A stretch of DNA of 64,000 bases. Origin: Antedon mediterranea (lineage: Eukaryota; Animalia; Echinodermata). The stretch lies in assembly GCF_964355755.1 (NCBI RefSeq), contig NC_092675.1:2785812-2849811 (forward strand), written 5' to 3'. The notes beneath the pieces are model-generated. The model was given only the letters and a program-made list of their open reading frames with translations. It was not told the origin of the DNA and searched no databases. Positions 13,208 through 25,837 of this stretch are shown one piece after another (position 1 is the first letter of the stretch; the number at the start of each line of letters is the position of its first letter). The translations under genes and the position numbers were made by a program.

Positions 13208-15210
13208 TTTAAGTTATAACAAAATATGCTTCAAAAACGTGAGAAAACTTTGAAGCTTAAAAAATGTATAATAGTTTTGTCACACGAAGTAGGCTTCTTT
13301 GAGACATCAATTAAAATACCTTATCGTTAATTTATCAGTCATTTTGTCGATTTTATCGTTTTAATTTCGATACACTTAGCTGAAAATAACTAGCTATAGA
13401 TATTTCATTGGCCTGCAGATTTCCGTACAAAAAAAAAATACATTTGGTATGTTTCACGTTAGGTTAGAAACAATGCCTAATTCTTGTCAATTCAGATAGT
13501 GAACAATTACGTTAGATTGCCTTGGTAAAGCTCTCTCTACACCAAACTAGTTTGACAAAAATAATGTGATGTGCCCAAATATGGTAGTGATAAGCTTAAA
13601 AACGGTAGTGATATGACATCATCATGTCCACATTTGGGCACATCACATTTTGTTTTTGTGACATAAAGTTTGATAGTGTAGACAGGGCTTAGGAGTTGGG
13701 CGTTTTTACTGATCGTAAAATCTCCCCATCATAATTAAGAAAAGTTTGTATAACAATTTAATTCTTAGCTTTATAATCTCGGGCGATGTTTTCATTTTTG
13801 CAAATTTTTCATCTTCACATTGCGCACATTATTAATTATTTAGTTATCTTTGGATTCTCTTTGTGTTTTTGTACGGAAAGTTTTCCGACGTTTCTTTTAT
13901 TAATGCATTATTGGCGCATTATGTCGCATTGCTATTGTTCACTGGTATTTGTGCGTATTTACATATCACTGATCAGGTGAAACATTATTTAATTGAATAG
14001 GCTGCGTGTGCGTTGTTTCGGCCGAAGAATGTTAGTAAGACTTATATCGTATTTCTTTAAGATGTGAATTTTTGCCGATACTGTGAGTAGTTAGCTTGTT
14101 CTAACAATAATGTATTTATTACATTGAATGAATTAGTTAAGTTGTTAAATACCTTTCATTATTTGTATGAAATATTAACCACTGCATTTCCTGAGCTGAA
14201 ATATAGGCCTATATGCCTACTGTAGACGTTTTCATGAGGATAAGATAGGCCTACGGATAGATTTCGTACTTTTTTTCGTACCGGGTATGCATGGTAATTC
14301 AACAACAAAGCCATGATCTTTTAATATAATAATGGGCTGTTTCCTGAGTGGTAGAGCAGTTTCGATCCTCTCTCTTTTTGGGGAAAGTGAATCTCTTACT
14401 TTTCGGATTTTCTCCCTTATATATTTCTCCTCTACCTAACACCCAAGATAAACCAACCAAACATTAAGCACCGAGGGTTGCTACAAAATTATAAAGAAAT
14501 ATTTGTATGATAATTGTTATTCTTAAAAACATATCTCGAAAGAAAAAATAAATAACTCAATGGCTTTCAGAGCCAAACGATTGCAAATACTGCCCTCATT
14601 TTCCCATTTGGAAATGACGTCATTTGTTATGTGGGAAAACCATGGATTAATAATCCATGGAAAAACCTAGTTCAGATATTAATAAAAATATAAATATTTT
14701 TGCACATATGGCGTTTCATACGTGTATTACTTGAGTGTATTTTAACGACGACGTGTTAATGATTAATGGAATGAGATAAAAAAGACAATAAATACAGACG
14801 TGGAGCAAGTCTAGGATTGACGCAGTAGTTCTACAAACTCATTGTGAGCCTAGAAGAACTTAGATTTACAGGTCAAAATAACGGACAACAGCACAGTAAG
14901 TTAACGTATGTCATTTATTTATCTAAAAACTTAATTACAGTATAGTGTGATTGCATCGGGGAAGGAAATCGAAGAAGTGACTAATTGGGCTACATCAATT
15001 GGGTCTATCTAATCTAAGCATACAACAATGTCAAATAGACGAAGTTTTGATTTCTAAATAGATAGATGAATAGATATTATACAGGGGCCTAGATTAGGCC
15101 TAATATTCAGTGGCCGATCTCGTCTCTTTTCTGTCTGGGTCTGCCCTTGTTCATAGCGCTAAATAAATAAGATAATTCGAGCTTCAAAAAGTAGACCTAT
15201 AGTATAATAG
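13208..15210 (+). pseudogene. Orphan IFI27-array unit: upstream region, non-coding exon-1 donor (acagcaca|gtaagt, 14896) and start of intron 1, with no coding exons
   Basis: Colinear with 23835-26340 (copy 3 upstream); homology stops at ~15210, just before the satellite. Confidence 0.7.
14355..14418 (+). promoter_or_regulatory. Candidate IRF/NF-kB-like block, repeated at 16873-16932 and 24819-24881
   Basis: CAGTTTCGAT, GGGGAAAGTGAA (IRF-E-like) and CGGATTTTCCCC (kB-like; CGGATTTTCTCC in this copy). Motif resemblance only. Confidence 0.35.
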
Positions 15211-15366
15211 GACCGGCGTGAAGTTGGACACTTATTCCTTATTCGATATTCATTTTTTTTGTGAAGTTGGATTCTTATTCGATCGACATTCACATTCACA
15301 TGTATGGGGCGCAATAATGTGTAATATTTTAATTAAATGATTTTATACTTACGGCTTAGATTAACT

Positions 15367-16698
15367 AGGGCTATGATTTATAGGGCTATAACTTCGTTAT
15401 AAACGGCATGGACCGGGATGACGATACATGGGTTGGGGCGAGTAGGGTCCAGTCATTTCAGAAAATTACCACTTGCCCGGTCCATGCCGTCTAGCTGTCA
15501 TTTTACACCATTTTAAAACGTTACTACAATTTAACGTTTTTTAAAATAAAAAATGCAATATAACCGGATGATTTATAGGGCTATAATTACGTTATAAACG
15601 GCATGGACCGGGATGACGATACATGGGTTGGGACGAGTAGGGTCCAGTCATTTCGGAAAAATACCACTTGCCCCGGTCCATGCTGTCTAGCTGCCATTTT
15701 AAAAACGTTACCACAATTTAATTTTTTTTTAATAAAAAATGCAATATAACCGTATGATTTATAGGGCTATAATTACGTTATCAACGACATGGACCGGGAT
15801 GACGATACTTGGGTTGGGGCTAGTAGGGTCCAGTCGTTTCAGAAAAATACCACTTGCCTCGCTCCATGCCGTCTAGCTGCCATTTTACGCCATTTTAAAA
15901 CGTTACTACAATTTAAGTTTTTTTTAAATGAAAAATGTAATATAACCGGATGATAATAGGGCTATAATTACGTTATAAACGGCATGGACCGGGATGACGA
16001 TACATGGGTTGGGGCGAGTAGGGTCCAGTCATTTCAGAAAAATACCACTTGCCCGGGTCCATGCCGTCTAGCTGTCATTTTACGCCATTTTAAAACGTTA
16101 CTACAATTTAATTTTTTTTTATTTATAAAAAATGCAATATAACCGAATGATTTATAGGGCTATAATTACGTTATAAACGGCATGGACCGGGATGACGATA
16201 CATGGGTTGGGGCTAGTAGGGTACAGTCGTTTCAGAAAAATACCACTTGACCCGTTCCATGCCGTCTAGCTGCCATTTCACGCCATTTTAAAACGTTACT
16301 ACAATTTAACGTTTTTATAAAAAATGCAATATAACCGGATGATATATAGGGCTATAATTACGTTATAAACGGCATGGACCGGGATGACGATACATGGGTT
16401 GGGGCGAGTAGGGTCCAGTCATTTAAGAAAAAAACCTCTTGCCCCGGTCCATGCCGTCTAGCTGTCATTTTACGCCATTTTAAAACGTTACTACAATTTA
16501 TGTTAAAAAAAAAAAAAATGCAATATAACCGGATGATATATAGGGCTATAATTACGTTATAAACGGCATGGACCGGGATGACGATACATGGGTTGGTGCG
16601 AGTAGGGTCCAGTCATTATAGAAAAGTACCACTTGCCCCGGTCGCGCGCCCCGGTCCATGCCGTCTAGCTGTCATTTTACGCCATTTTAAAACGTTAC
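15367..16698. repeat. ~190-195-bp tandem satellite, 7 units, each with an internal inverted repeat
   Basis: Units start at about 15381, 15575, 15761, 15956, 16154, 16346 and 16540; stem ACGGCATGGACCGGG / CCCGGTCCATGCCGT. Confidence 0.92.
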
Positions 16699-17797
16699 TG
16701 ATGCATTTCCTCGGCTGAAATATAGGCCTAATAGACCTACTCCTAGATGAAGATAAGATAGGCCTACAGATAGATTTCGTACTTTTTTTTGTACCGGGTA
16801 TGCATGGTATTTCAACAACAAAGTAATGATCTTTTAATATAATTATCATGGGCTGTTTCCTGCGCGGTGTAGAGCAGTTTCGATCCTCTCTTTTTGGGGG
16901 AAAGTGAATCTCTTACTTTTCGGATTTTCCCCCTTATATATTTCTCCCCTACCTAACACCCAAGAAAAATCAACCAAATATTAAACACGAGGGTTTTATA
17001 ATTGCTATTAAACAAAATTATAAAGAAATATTTGTATAATAATTGTTATTCTTTAAAACATATCAATAAAAAACTCAATGGCTTTCAGCAAAGAACTTAT
17101 AACACAAGAATCTCCTGTTCTTCAATTTGCATTCAAAACACAGTATCGGAAGTACAGGGTTAAAAGGTCAAACTGGGCGACGCCATTTCACAGCATGGAG
17201 CAGCGCCCCCTCCAAACTAGGAAGTCAATTACTCTACCCCCCTCTAGAGTATTAGCAGATCCCTCTATGATTTTGACTTTCTAATTTGATGCGGGCGCCC
17301 TACTCCTCAGTCAATTACTCTATCCCCCCCCCCCCCTAGAGCATTAGCAGATCCCCTAGAGCATTAGATAGCAGATACCCAGTTCAGACTTTTTGAAAGG
17401 TTTGAAAGAGATCAAAATAACGGACAACAGCACAGTAAGTTACAGTATGTCATATGTTTATCTAAAATCAGAGTGTGATTGCATCGGGGAAGGAAATCGA
17501 ATCGAAGAAGTGACTAGGGCCTAGGCCTAATTACATTAGGTCTATCTTGCTAGGCCTACAACAATTTCAATCAATAGGCAACCATTTGATTTCTTAAATA
17601 GACTAGGCCTAGGCTACTAGCCTAAATTCGCATATAAAGAATTATACAGGGGCCTAGATCAGACCTAATATTCACTGGCAGATCTCGTATTTCTGTCTGG
17701 GTCCGTCCCCTGTTCATACCGCTAATAGTTATACATAAGATAATTTTAGCGTAGAATAAAACCTATAATATAATAAAACCTATAAATAAAAACCTTC

Positions 17798-18112
17798 TAA
17801 AGCCCGGCGCACACTAGAGCTATCGGCCAAACCAACTGGCATCAAAGATTGTATTATAGCGCCGCGTACAATCTTTGCTGGCATGATGAGTAAAGGCAAA
17901 GATTGTATAGCGCCGCTACGCGTAGCGGCGCTATATAATCTTTGGTAAAGGGTCTTTCACACCTGTTCCGGCACGGTTCCGGTCCGGCGAATCGAACATC
18001 AATGTTTCGTTTTCACGCGGCTATGCCTCAATCGATATGTGCGTAGCCGCGTGAAAACGAAACATTGGCGTTCGAATTGGATTTTCCGGCGCCGTGCCGG
18101 GGAATTCGTGAG
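17798..18112. mobile_element. Hairpin-rich Harbinger-like MITE insertion(s) in intron 1 of IFI27-like copy 1
   Basis: Palindrome AAAGATTGTATAGCGCCGCTACGCGTAGCGGCGCTATATAATCTTT and foldback tgtttcgttttcacgcggcta...tagccgcgtgaaaacgaaaca; absent from the paralogous introns. Confidence 0.55.
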
Positions 18113-18267
18113 GAATCGTCCACGCGCGTGCCGCTGAGGAAAATATCTATCGTCGTGTTTAATATTTTCTGTTTGCGTCCGATAGAACATTGTAAATCCT
18201 CATGGTGGCCAGTTTTCCCTGTCCTTCGATCAGGCGAATCAATATCGGATTTGTTTTTTTGTTTCAG

Positions 18268-18964
18268 ATGTCGAAAGTATCAGCAATAATTTGTATCACT
18301 CTTATTGCATCCATGGCAATCCAACCATCTGAAGCAGGTAATTGGCCCTAATAAGTCAGATATCTTATACATTATATCAAAAGAGTCCTGTTCGCGAACT
18401 TTCTAGATCCGCACCTGGTACCATTCCGAGTATGGCTGCGTTTTCTTGGACTGGATAGATTTTCAGATCTGATCTGAACATTCACTTTCATTATCTATCA
18501 CTAGGTTTTATTGTGAGGGAAAGTTGTCATTTCCTTAATTATTATTGGATTGGATAGTGATTATTGGAAGAATGAACAGTTATTTAATTTACATGATTTA
18601 TAATCAGAAATATCGCCTTTTTTAAAATGACACAAAATCGCTTGAATTATCTGATAAAGGATAAAAATATGTCTTTCTCTTATTGCTATTTATAGGAGTC
18701 GGTCACTGGATAGCAGGAGCTGCCGCAGCGGTAACCGCTGTTGCCATTGTCCCTGCGGCATTAGGATTTGGGGCACTAGGAATTGCGTCCGGTTCAATAG
18801 GAGCCGGAATGATGTCAGCTTCGGCTATTGCTAACGGTGGTGGTGTTCTAACTGGAGGCGTAGTGGCTACACTACAATCAGTAGGAGTTGCTGGGGCATC
18901 GTATAGTACTTATGCGGCTGCCGCTGCTGCAGGAGGCGCTGCAGTAGACTACTTCACCAATTAA
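18268..18964 (+). CDS. IFI27/IFI6 (ISG12 family) protein, copy 1; coding exons 18268-18337 and 18696-18964
   Basis: ISG12 motif [46 protein letters not shown]; leader exon [23 protein letters not shown] joined by a phase-1 intron. Confidence 0.92.
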
Positions 18965-19546
18965 GATTAACGATACGCAAGTTGATAATTGCGTAAATCG
19001 TTGCGTCGCACAAATTTCCCTTTTTTGCATGAATAAGCTATAGTTAAAGAATTGTTACTCGTTTGTTTCCATTAGTTTGATCATGGAGGAATTATAGCTT
19101 CTATGGTCTGATCATCATTTAATACTTGTCTGAGTGTATTAAAGACATTGCTGGTTAGTAAAGTGCTTTAATTTACTTAAAAGCTACTAATATAAAAGTC
19201 TGCGAACTCGGTACCTACCACAGTGCAGTTATTAATTGATTTGGTTTTTGAATTATTATTATTATTAGTTGTCCAGTACTACTTTCATAAGGTGCGTAAC
19301 GTAACTGCCAATAACTGGGTATAGCAACAAACACATGAGCATACTACTGATGATGCTACTATAAACACAAACTAAAGAAAGTATTACAAAGTTAAGGTGT
19401 ATTTGAAATAATGTAAATAATGTATTTCTCATGTAAGACGAATTATTGATATTTATAAAACGGATGACAATTATTTCAAATGATGGTTCTTTATTACGAT
19501 TACATCTTCAAGGATTCAATAACTATACACTATAATATCACGGGTA

Positions 19547-20733
19547 TGTACCTTTCCATTACGGTTACCGATGAGAGCGACAGGATCTCCGTCGATTCAC
19601 CATTGTTTTTCTGCAATTCGAACACATCTTGAAGTAGCTGCTTTGCTGGGTGTCACAAAACCTAAGACCCCCTAAGACCTAAGACCACGAAAGCTAAGAC
19701 CCAAGACCTAAGATTACATTTGATTTGATTTGATTTATTTCGGCATCAGTACATAAAATATCACAGACATACAATTAAAATATTTATCTTTCGCACCTGC
19801 CTTGTATTTTAACTCCAACATTTATTCTGCATGCCACACCTTAAAATTAGCACTTTTATGAAAAAGAATCGCATAAAAAGTAACAAATACATTTTTAAAT
19901 GGATGATTTTACAGACGTTTTTCTCGCACAAACATTGTTTGCGAATTTCGCATGTTTTGTTTCTATGGAACGTCAAAAGAGCAAAAATTATATAGAGGGC
20001 TGAAAACTCAGTGGAGTCAATCTATTTTAACGCATTTTTTAGTGAATATAAAGGAATAAATACTCGAAAATTAATTTTAATTTAAAAATCATGATAATAA
20101 GTTTTTTGTTTCGTTTTCTTTCTGTTTTTATACTTGTACTATTAGTGTTGCTCTTTTGGCGCTCCATAGAAACAAAAATATTGAGCATGGGGAGGAGTTA
20201 CAGTAGGCCTATACAAAGAAGCACGTATGTACAATCATCAATTTAAAGGATTTATTTATTTGTTTTTATGTGTTTGTCCTTAAAGTACTTAATAAGTCCT
20301 AATTTAGGATATTAGGTATTCAGGATAAAGTTAGTTAACAAATTTGGAGTCAAAATACAAGGCAGGTGCGAAAGAAAAACCTCCTCTGAACCAACACAAT
20401 GGAGTAAATATATACCAACAAACAACCCGTCAAGTTTGTTTGTTGTAAAGAAAAAATATACATTTATTCAACGGGCGAAAATAATATGAGTTTTTCTATG
20501 TTTTGCGGTAGTATTTAATTATATTTATGGTAATAAATGAAACCTACTATGTTTAAAATTATGTATGGATAAACAAGTATTGTTTTTTAAGTTGTAGTTT
20601 ATCTTAGAATTTGTAATCTTAGGTCTTGGGTCTTAGCTTTCGTTATCTTAGGTCTTAGGGGGTTTTAGCTTTCGTGGTCTTAGGTTTCGTGACACCCCTG
20701 CTTTGCTTCAATAAAACTCTGTTTACTTGTAAT
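19547..20733 (-). pseudogene. RASL12 exon-4 fragment (19547-19647 + 20699-20733), split by a transposon
   Basis: High identity to 35120-35252, with frameshifts. Confidence 0.85.
19648..20697. mobile_element. Mutator/Foldback-like non-autonomous element
   Basis: Ends GGGTGTCAC...GTGACACCC with CTAAGAC subrepeats; TSD CTGCTTTGCT at 19638-19647 and 20698-20707; empty site at ~28954. Confidence 0.85.
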
Positions 20734-20979
20734 CCAATAAGGTTTTCTGTTAATTGGGGTGTTTCCTCTAAAGTGTAAATCGTAATATTACACCTCTTAG
20801 TTTCACGGGAAAGTGTCCCCTGAATTACTTCATCGTAAACTCGGGAGTAAAGTTTGTGTAACAAGTTAAATTTTCTGAGTTATTTTCATTCGGTATGTGG
20901 GAAAAACCATGGAGGAAATATATATCTATATATTTCCTCCATGGACAAATCCAGTTCAGACTTGTTGAAAGGATTGACA

Positions 20980-21780
20980 TGTTATGCGCGATTTGAACGA
21001 TTTGCGCAATTTGAAATTGCGCAAAAAAATCCTTGCGCAATTTTAAATTGCGCAAGAATTATTTGCGCAATTTCAAATTGCGCAAGGATTTTTTTGCGCA
21101 ATTTCAAATTGCGCAATCAACTTGCGCAATTTCAAATTGCGCAAGAAAATCTTTGCGCAATTTTAAATTGCGCTGCACAATTTGTAAATTGCGCAAGATA
21201 GTTCTTGCGCAATATGACACCTTTGCGCAATTTGAAAACGAACTGTAAATTTTCCCATACATGGCTATAGGCTAGGCCTAGGCAGAGGAGTTTAAAATTT
21301 AGTATTTTATTATATAAATAAGACCATTTCAATGAAGATAATGTTTAATACTCACTTTTTAAGTTTTTAATATTAGTTTAAGCTAGGCTATGTAACCTAG
21401 TCAGTATCAGTAGTCCAGACCCTAGCTAGGCTAGAGTAGTATAGCCGGCCGCCCGCGCCGCGCCCGCCTGGTGGAACACCACCGCTTCGTTTTCCTTCGT
21501 CGGTTCTTCGACGGTATGCTAACTTATAACAATATTTGCACTACTAAAATAAGGAAATGCGATATTTATCTTTAAATTTGAATCATTCTTAGAAATTACT
21601 ATAAAAATATGGGTGTACATGATTTCACAATCTGTCGAAAAACCTTGCGCAATTTGCAGATTACTTGCGCAATTTAATACGTTGCTTGCGCAATTTGAAA
21701 CACATGTTTCAATTCAAATTGCGCAAGGATTTTTTTTGCGCAATTTCAAATTGCGCAAATCGTTCAAATCGCGCATAACA
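20980..21780. mobile_element. Ginger-like non-autonomous DNA transposon
   Basis: TGTTATGCGCGATTTGAACGATTTGCGCAA TIRs (TGT...ACA), 4-bp TSD GACA, arrays of TTGCGCAA; related empty site at ~25955. Confidence 0.8.
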
Positions 21781-22351
21781 GACACAATTGGGCCTACACT
21801 AATCATTGTGCGGCTAGAAGAAGAAGAAATATTTAGATTTACAGGTCAAAATAACGGACTATCAGCACAGTAAGTTAACGCATGTCATTTTTTTATCTAA
21901 AAATCAGAGTGTGATAGCAACGGGGACGTAAGAAAATCAAAGAGGTGACTAATTGGGCTATATCAATTGGGTCTATCTAATCTAAGCATACAATGTCAAT
22001 AGACGAAGTTTTTATATACAGGGGCCTAGATTAGGCCTAATATTCAGTGGCCGATCTCGTCTACTTCTGTCTGAGTCCGCCCCTGTTCATAGCGCTAAAT
22101 AAATAAGACAATTATTTTGAACTTACAAGAAGACCTAAATAGGTCTACATTTTTTTTGCATTGTCTTCTAAAAACATAGTAATTCCTCGATCAGGATGGC
22201 CAGTTCTCCATGTCATTAGACCTATAGGCCTAGGCCTACTTTTTTTGACATTGTTTTTTCTAATAAAAACATAGTAAATCCTCAGGATGGCCAGTTTTCC
22301 ATGTCGTTCGATCAGGCGAAACAATACAATTGGCTTTGTTTTTTGTTTCAG

Positions 22352-23064
22352 ATGTCAAAAGTATCGGCAATAATTTGTATCACTCTTATTGCATCTATGG
22401 CAATCCAACCATCTGAAGCAGGTAATTGGCCCTAATAAGTCGGATATCTTATACATTATCAAAAGAGTCCTGTTCGCGAACTTTCTGGTACCATTCCGGT
22501 CTTCTGAGTATGGTTGCGTTTTCTTGGTCTGAATGGAATTTCCCCATATTAGTCATCAGATCTGATCTGAACATTTTCTGTCATTATCAGTGCACTAGCC
22601 TGCACTAGGTTTTATTGTGAGGGAAAGTTGTCATTTCCTTAATTGGATTGGATAGTGGTATATTGGAAGAATGAACAGTTTATTTAATTTACACGACTTA
22701 TAATCAGAAATATCGCCTTTATATTAAATGAAACAAAATCGCTTGAATTATCTGAAAGGATAAATATGTCTTTCTCTTATTGTTATTTATAGGAGTCGGT
22801 CAATGGATAGTAGGAGCTGCTGTAGGGGTAACCACTGTTGCCATTGCCCCTGCGGCATTAGGATTTGGGGCACTAGGAATTGCGTCCGGTTCAATAGGAG
22901 CCGCAATGATGTCAGCTTCGGCTATTGCTAACGGTGGTGGTGTTCTAACTGGAGGCGTAGTGGCTACACTACAATCAGTAGGAGTTGCTGGGGCATCGTA
23001 TGCTACTTATGCGAAGGCCGCTGCTGCAGGTGGCGCTGCTACAGACTACTTATTCGAAGATTAA
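22352..23064 (+). CDS. IFI27/IFI6 (ISG12 family) protein, copy 2; coding exons 22352-22421 and 22793-23064
   Basis: Same structure and ISG12 motif as copy 1. Confidence 0.92.
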
Positions 23065-23271
23065 TGATACACAAGTTAATTGCGTAAAGCGCACAAAATT
23101 CCCTTTTTTTGCATGATAAGCTATAGTTACAATGCAATCTTCAAGGATTCAATAACTATACACTATAATATCACAGATATGTTTAACATTTCCCAAAGAG
23201 GAATTATTCATGCCATAGTTGTATATGTGATGTTTTTCATTCTATAGATGTTTTAACAATAGATATTATAC

Positions 23272-23685
23272 TACGGGCGCCATCCGGCACACATTAGTCT
23301 TTTGCAAACAATGGTTTGTCTTTTGCAAACAATGGTTTGTCTTTTGCAAACAATCGTTTCTCTTTTGCAAACAATCGTTTGTCTTTTGCAAACAATCGTT
23401 TGTCTTTTGCAAACAATCGTTTGTCTTTTGCAAACAATCGTTTGTCTTTTGCAAACAATGGTTTGTCTTTTGCAAACAATCGTTTGTCTTTTGCAAACAA
23501 TGGTTTGTCTTCTGCAAACAATGGTTTGTCTTTTGCAAACAATGGTTTGTCTTTTGCAAACAATCGTTTGTCTTTTGCAAACAATGGTTTGTCTTTTGCA
23601 AACAATGGTTTGTCTTTTGCAAACAATGGCTTTTCTTTTGCAAACAATGGTTTGTCTTTTGCAATGTGTCGGATGGCGCCCCGTA
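23272..23685. mobile_element. MITE filled with a 21-bp minisatellite (TTTGTCTTTTGCAAACAATSG, about 17-18 copies)
   Basis: TIRs TACGGGCGCCATCCGGCACACATT / AATGTGTCGGATGGCGCCCCGTA directly bracket the array. Confidence 0.85.
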
Positions 23686-23947
23686 TATACTAGGCCTATA
23701 TCCGTTTTCTTATATTTTACTTAAATAAAAATAACAGTTAAATATTATTCATTTTTTTATTTGTTTCATATTGCTTTGATCAACGTTTTAAGGTTATACC
23801 TCAAATTGGGCCGACAATAACAAAACAAATTTATTCAAGTTATAACAAAATATGCTTCAAAACGTGAGAAACTTTGAAGCTTAAAAATATATAATAGTCT
23901 TGTCACACGAAGTAGGCCTCTTAGAGACATCATTAATTTTAAATACA

Positions 23948-24266
23948 GGTATTAAGACTTTTATAAATAAGCTTAAAATTTATTTTAAGTAAGATTTTGC
24001 TATGTATTGACGAGTTTTAATGATATTGCAATATATTTTAATTTATTTTGATATAGTATTATATGCATTTTTAATGTTTATATAAATCTTATTCTAAATG
24101 TTTTTTTTCTTCAATCAGTGCAATAGGAGACCTACTAGATAGTGATTAAGTTAACCTTTTAGGAATCCTCTCCCTGCCTGGTTTTGTGTGATGTTTTCTT
24201 GTTGTTTGTCCACGTTTTATATTGTACTTTTATGGAGACAAAATAAATGAAATGAAAATGAAATTA
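23948..24266 (+). mobile_element. Possible 3' end of an L2/CR1-type LINE
   Basis: Insertion relative to the paralogous site at ~13315; ends in AATAAA followed by (AAATG)n. Confidence 0.35.
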
Positions 24267-25025
24267 AAAGACCTTATAGTTAATTTATCAGTCCTTTCGT
24301 CGATTTTATGCTGTCGATGTTACCTAGTTGAAATCAACTATAAATATTTCATTGGCCTGCATTGCTATTGTTCACTGGTATTTGTGCGTATTTACATATC
24401 AGGTGAAACATTATATTGAACAGGCTGCGTGAGCCCTCAGAAGAATGTTAGCTGTTGTCGAAGTAAGACATGTTATCATTTTATTTCTTTAAGACGTGGA
24501 TTTTTCTTCGATACTGTGAGTAGTTAAATTGTTCTAACAATAATGTATTTATTACATTGAATGAATTCGTTAAGTTGTTATATACCTTTCATTATTTTTA
24601 ACAATGACAATGAAAGTACCGTTTAATATTTTCTATGAAACTGATGCATTTCTTCGGCTGAAATATAGCAGGCCTATAGGCCTACTCCTAGACGTTTTCA
24701 TGAAGATAAGATAGGCCTACAGATAGATTTCGTACTTTTTTCGTACCGGGTATGCATAGTAATTCAACAACAAAGTCATGATCTTTTAATATATCATGGG
24801 CTGTTTCCTGCGCGGTAGAGCAGTTTCGATCCTCTCTCTTTTTGGGGGAAAGTGAATCTCTTACTTTTCGGATTTTCCCCCTTATATATTTCTCCCCTAC
24901 CTAACACCCAAGAAAAATCAACCAAATATTAAACTCGAGGGTTGTATAATATTGCTATTAAACAAAATTATAAAGAAATATTTGTATAATAATTGTTATT
25001 CTTAAAAACATATCTCGAAAGAAAA

Positions 25026-25077
25026 CAAGGCCAACAGCCATTAAGTCGCGTGCTACAATGCATAGTGATACCGGACC

Positions 25078-25108
<31 letters not shown>

Positions 25109-25837
25109 CGACAGACAGACAGACGGACCGACCGACATAGTGAACTATACTGACCGAAATTACTGAACATGTTTAAAAATGTTGAAATGTTTAAAAACAT
25201 TTATATTTTTTTTAATTTACACGTGCGTAGCCTGTCACTTTTGACGTGCTCGTATAACGTAATTTCGAGTTGAAAAGTAAGTCAAGAAAACAGAAATCGG
25301 GCAAAAAGAGTGCGCAATAACATTTAACGCGCAGTGCGCGCGCAAAAATCTGCGCACTCATGGCAATTTTGTAAACGCTTAAAATTGCCTGAAACGTACT
25401 CTTATTTCATCGAAAATAAATTTTGAACATTTTAAGCGCGCGTACGCATGCGTTACATGCGCTACGCACGTAATTGTATTGCCATATGATGATTTATGCC
25501 CTGAAATTTATGAGTACCAAATTTTATTTAATTGTGATTCATGGTTGTTAAGATATGATTACAAACGTGATTTCGTTAAATCGTGCGTAGACCGCGTAAT
25601 TTTTTATTGCGCACCGTGAAAACATAACCACATCGATTCCTGGCCATAAGAAATATTCTGTGAAAAATTGACTTAGCTAGATTAAACTGATATCAAGATA
25701 AGGTCATAAAGCGATAAAACGCATAGTGATACCGGACCGACAGACAGACAGACCGACAGACAGACCTACAGACAGACCGACAGACAGACAGACCGACCGA
25801 CCGACATAGTGAACTATAGAGTCGCTTCCACGCGACT
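25026..25837 (-). mobile_element. HINE/DINE-1-like element, family B; short relative at 50360-50465 (+)
   Basis: Minus strand: 5' inverted repeat AGTCGCGTGGAAGCGACT, (GTCG/GTCT)n microsatellites, 3' GCACGCGACT plus hairpin GGCTGTTGGCC; inserted in a T run, with the empty site at ~14543. Confidence 0.82.

Noticed and set aside
15367-16698. CRISPR-like array or ribozyme-containing satellite
   Set aside because: Whole units repeat with no unique spacers, the context is eukaryotic, and I found no hammerhead core on either strand.
20825-21873. ORFs with AQFQIAQ / LRNFKLR repeats
   Set aside because: Derived from the TTGCGCAA subterminal repeats of the transposon.
23266-23724. Repetitive ORFs (CLQKTNH / FAKDKPL repeats) in several frames
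   Set aside because: By-product of a 21-bp minisatellite that is stop-free in several frames.
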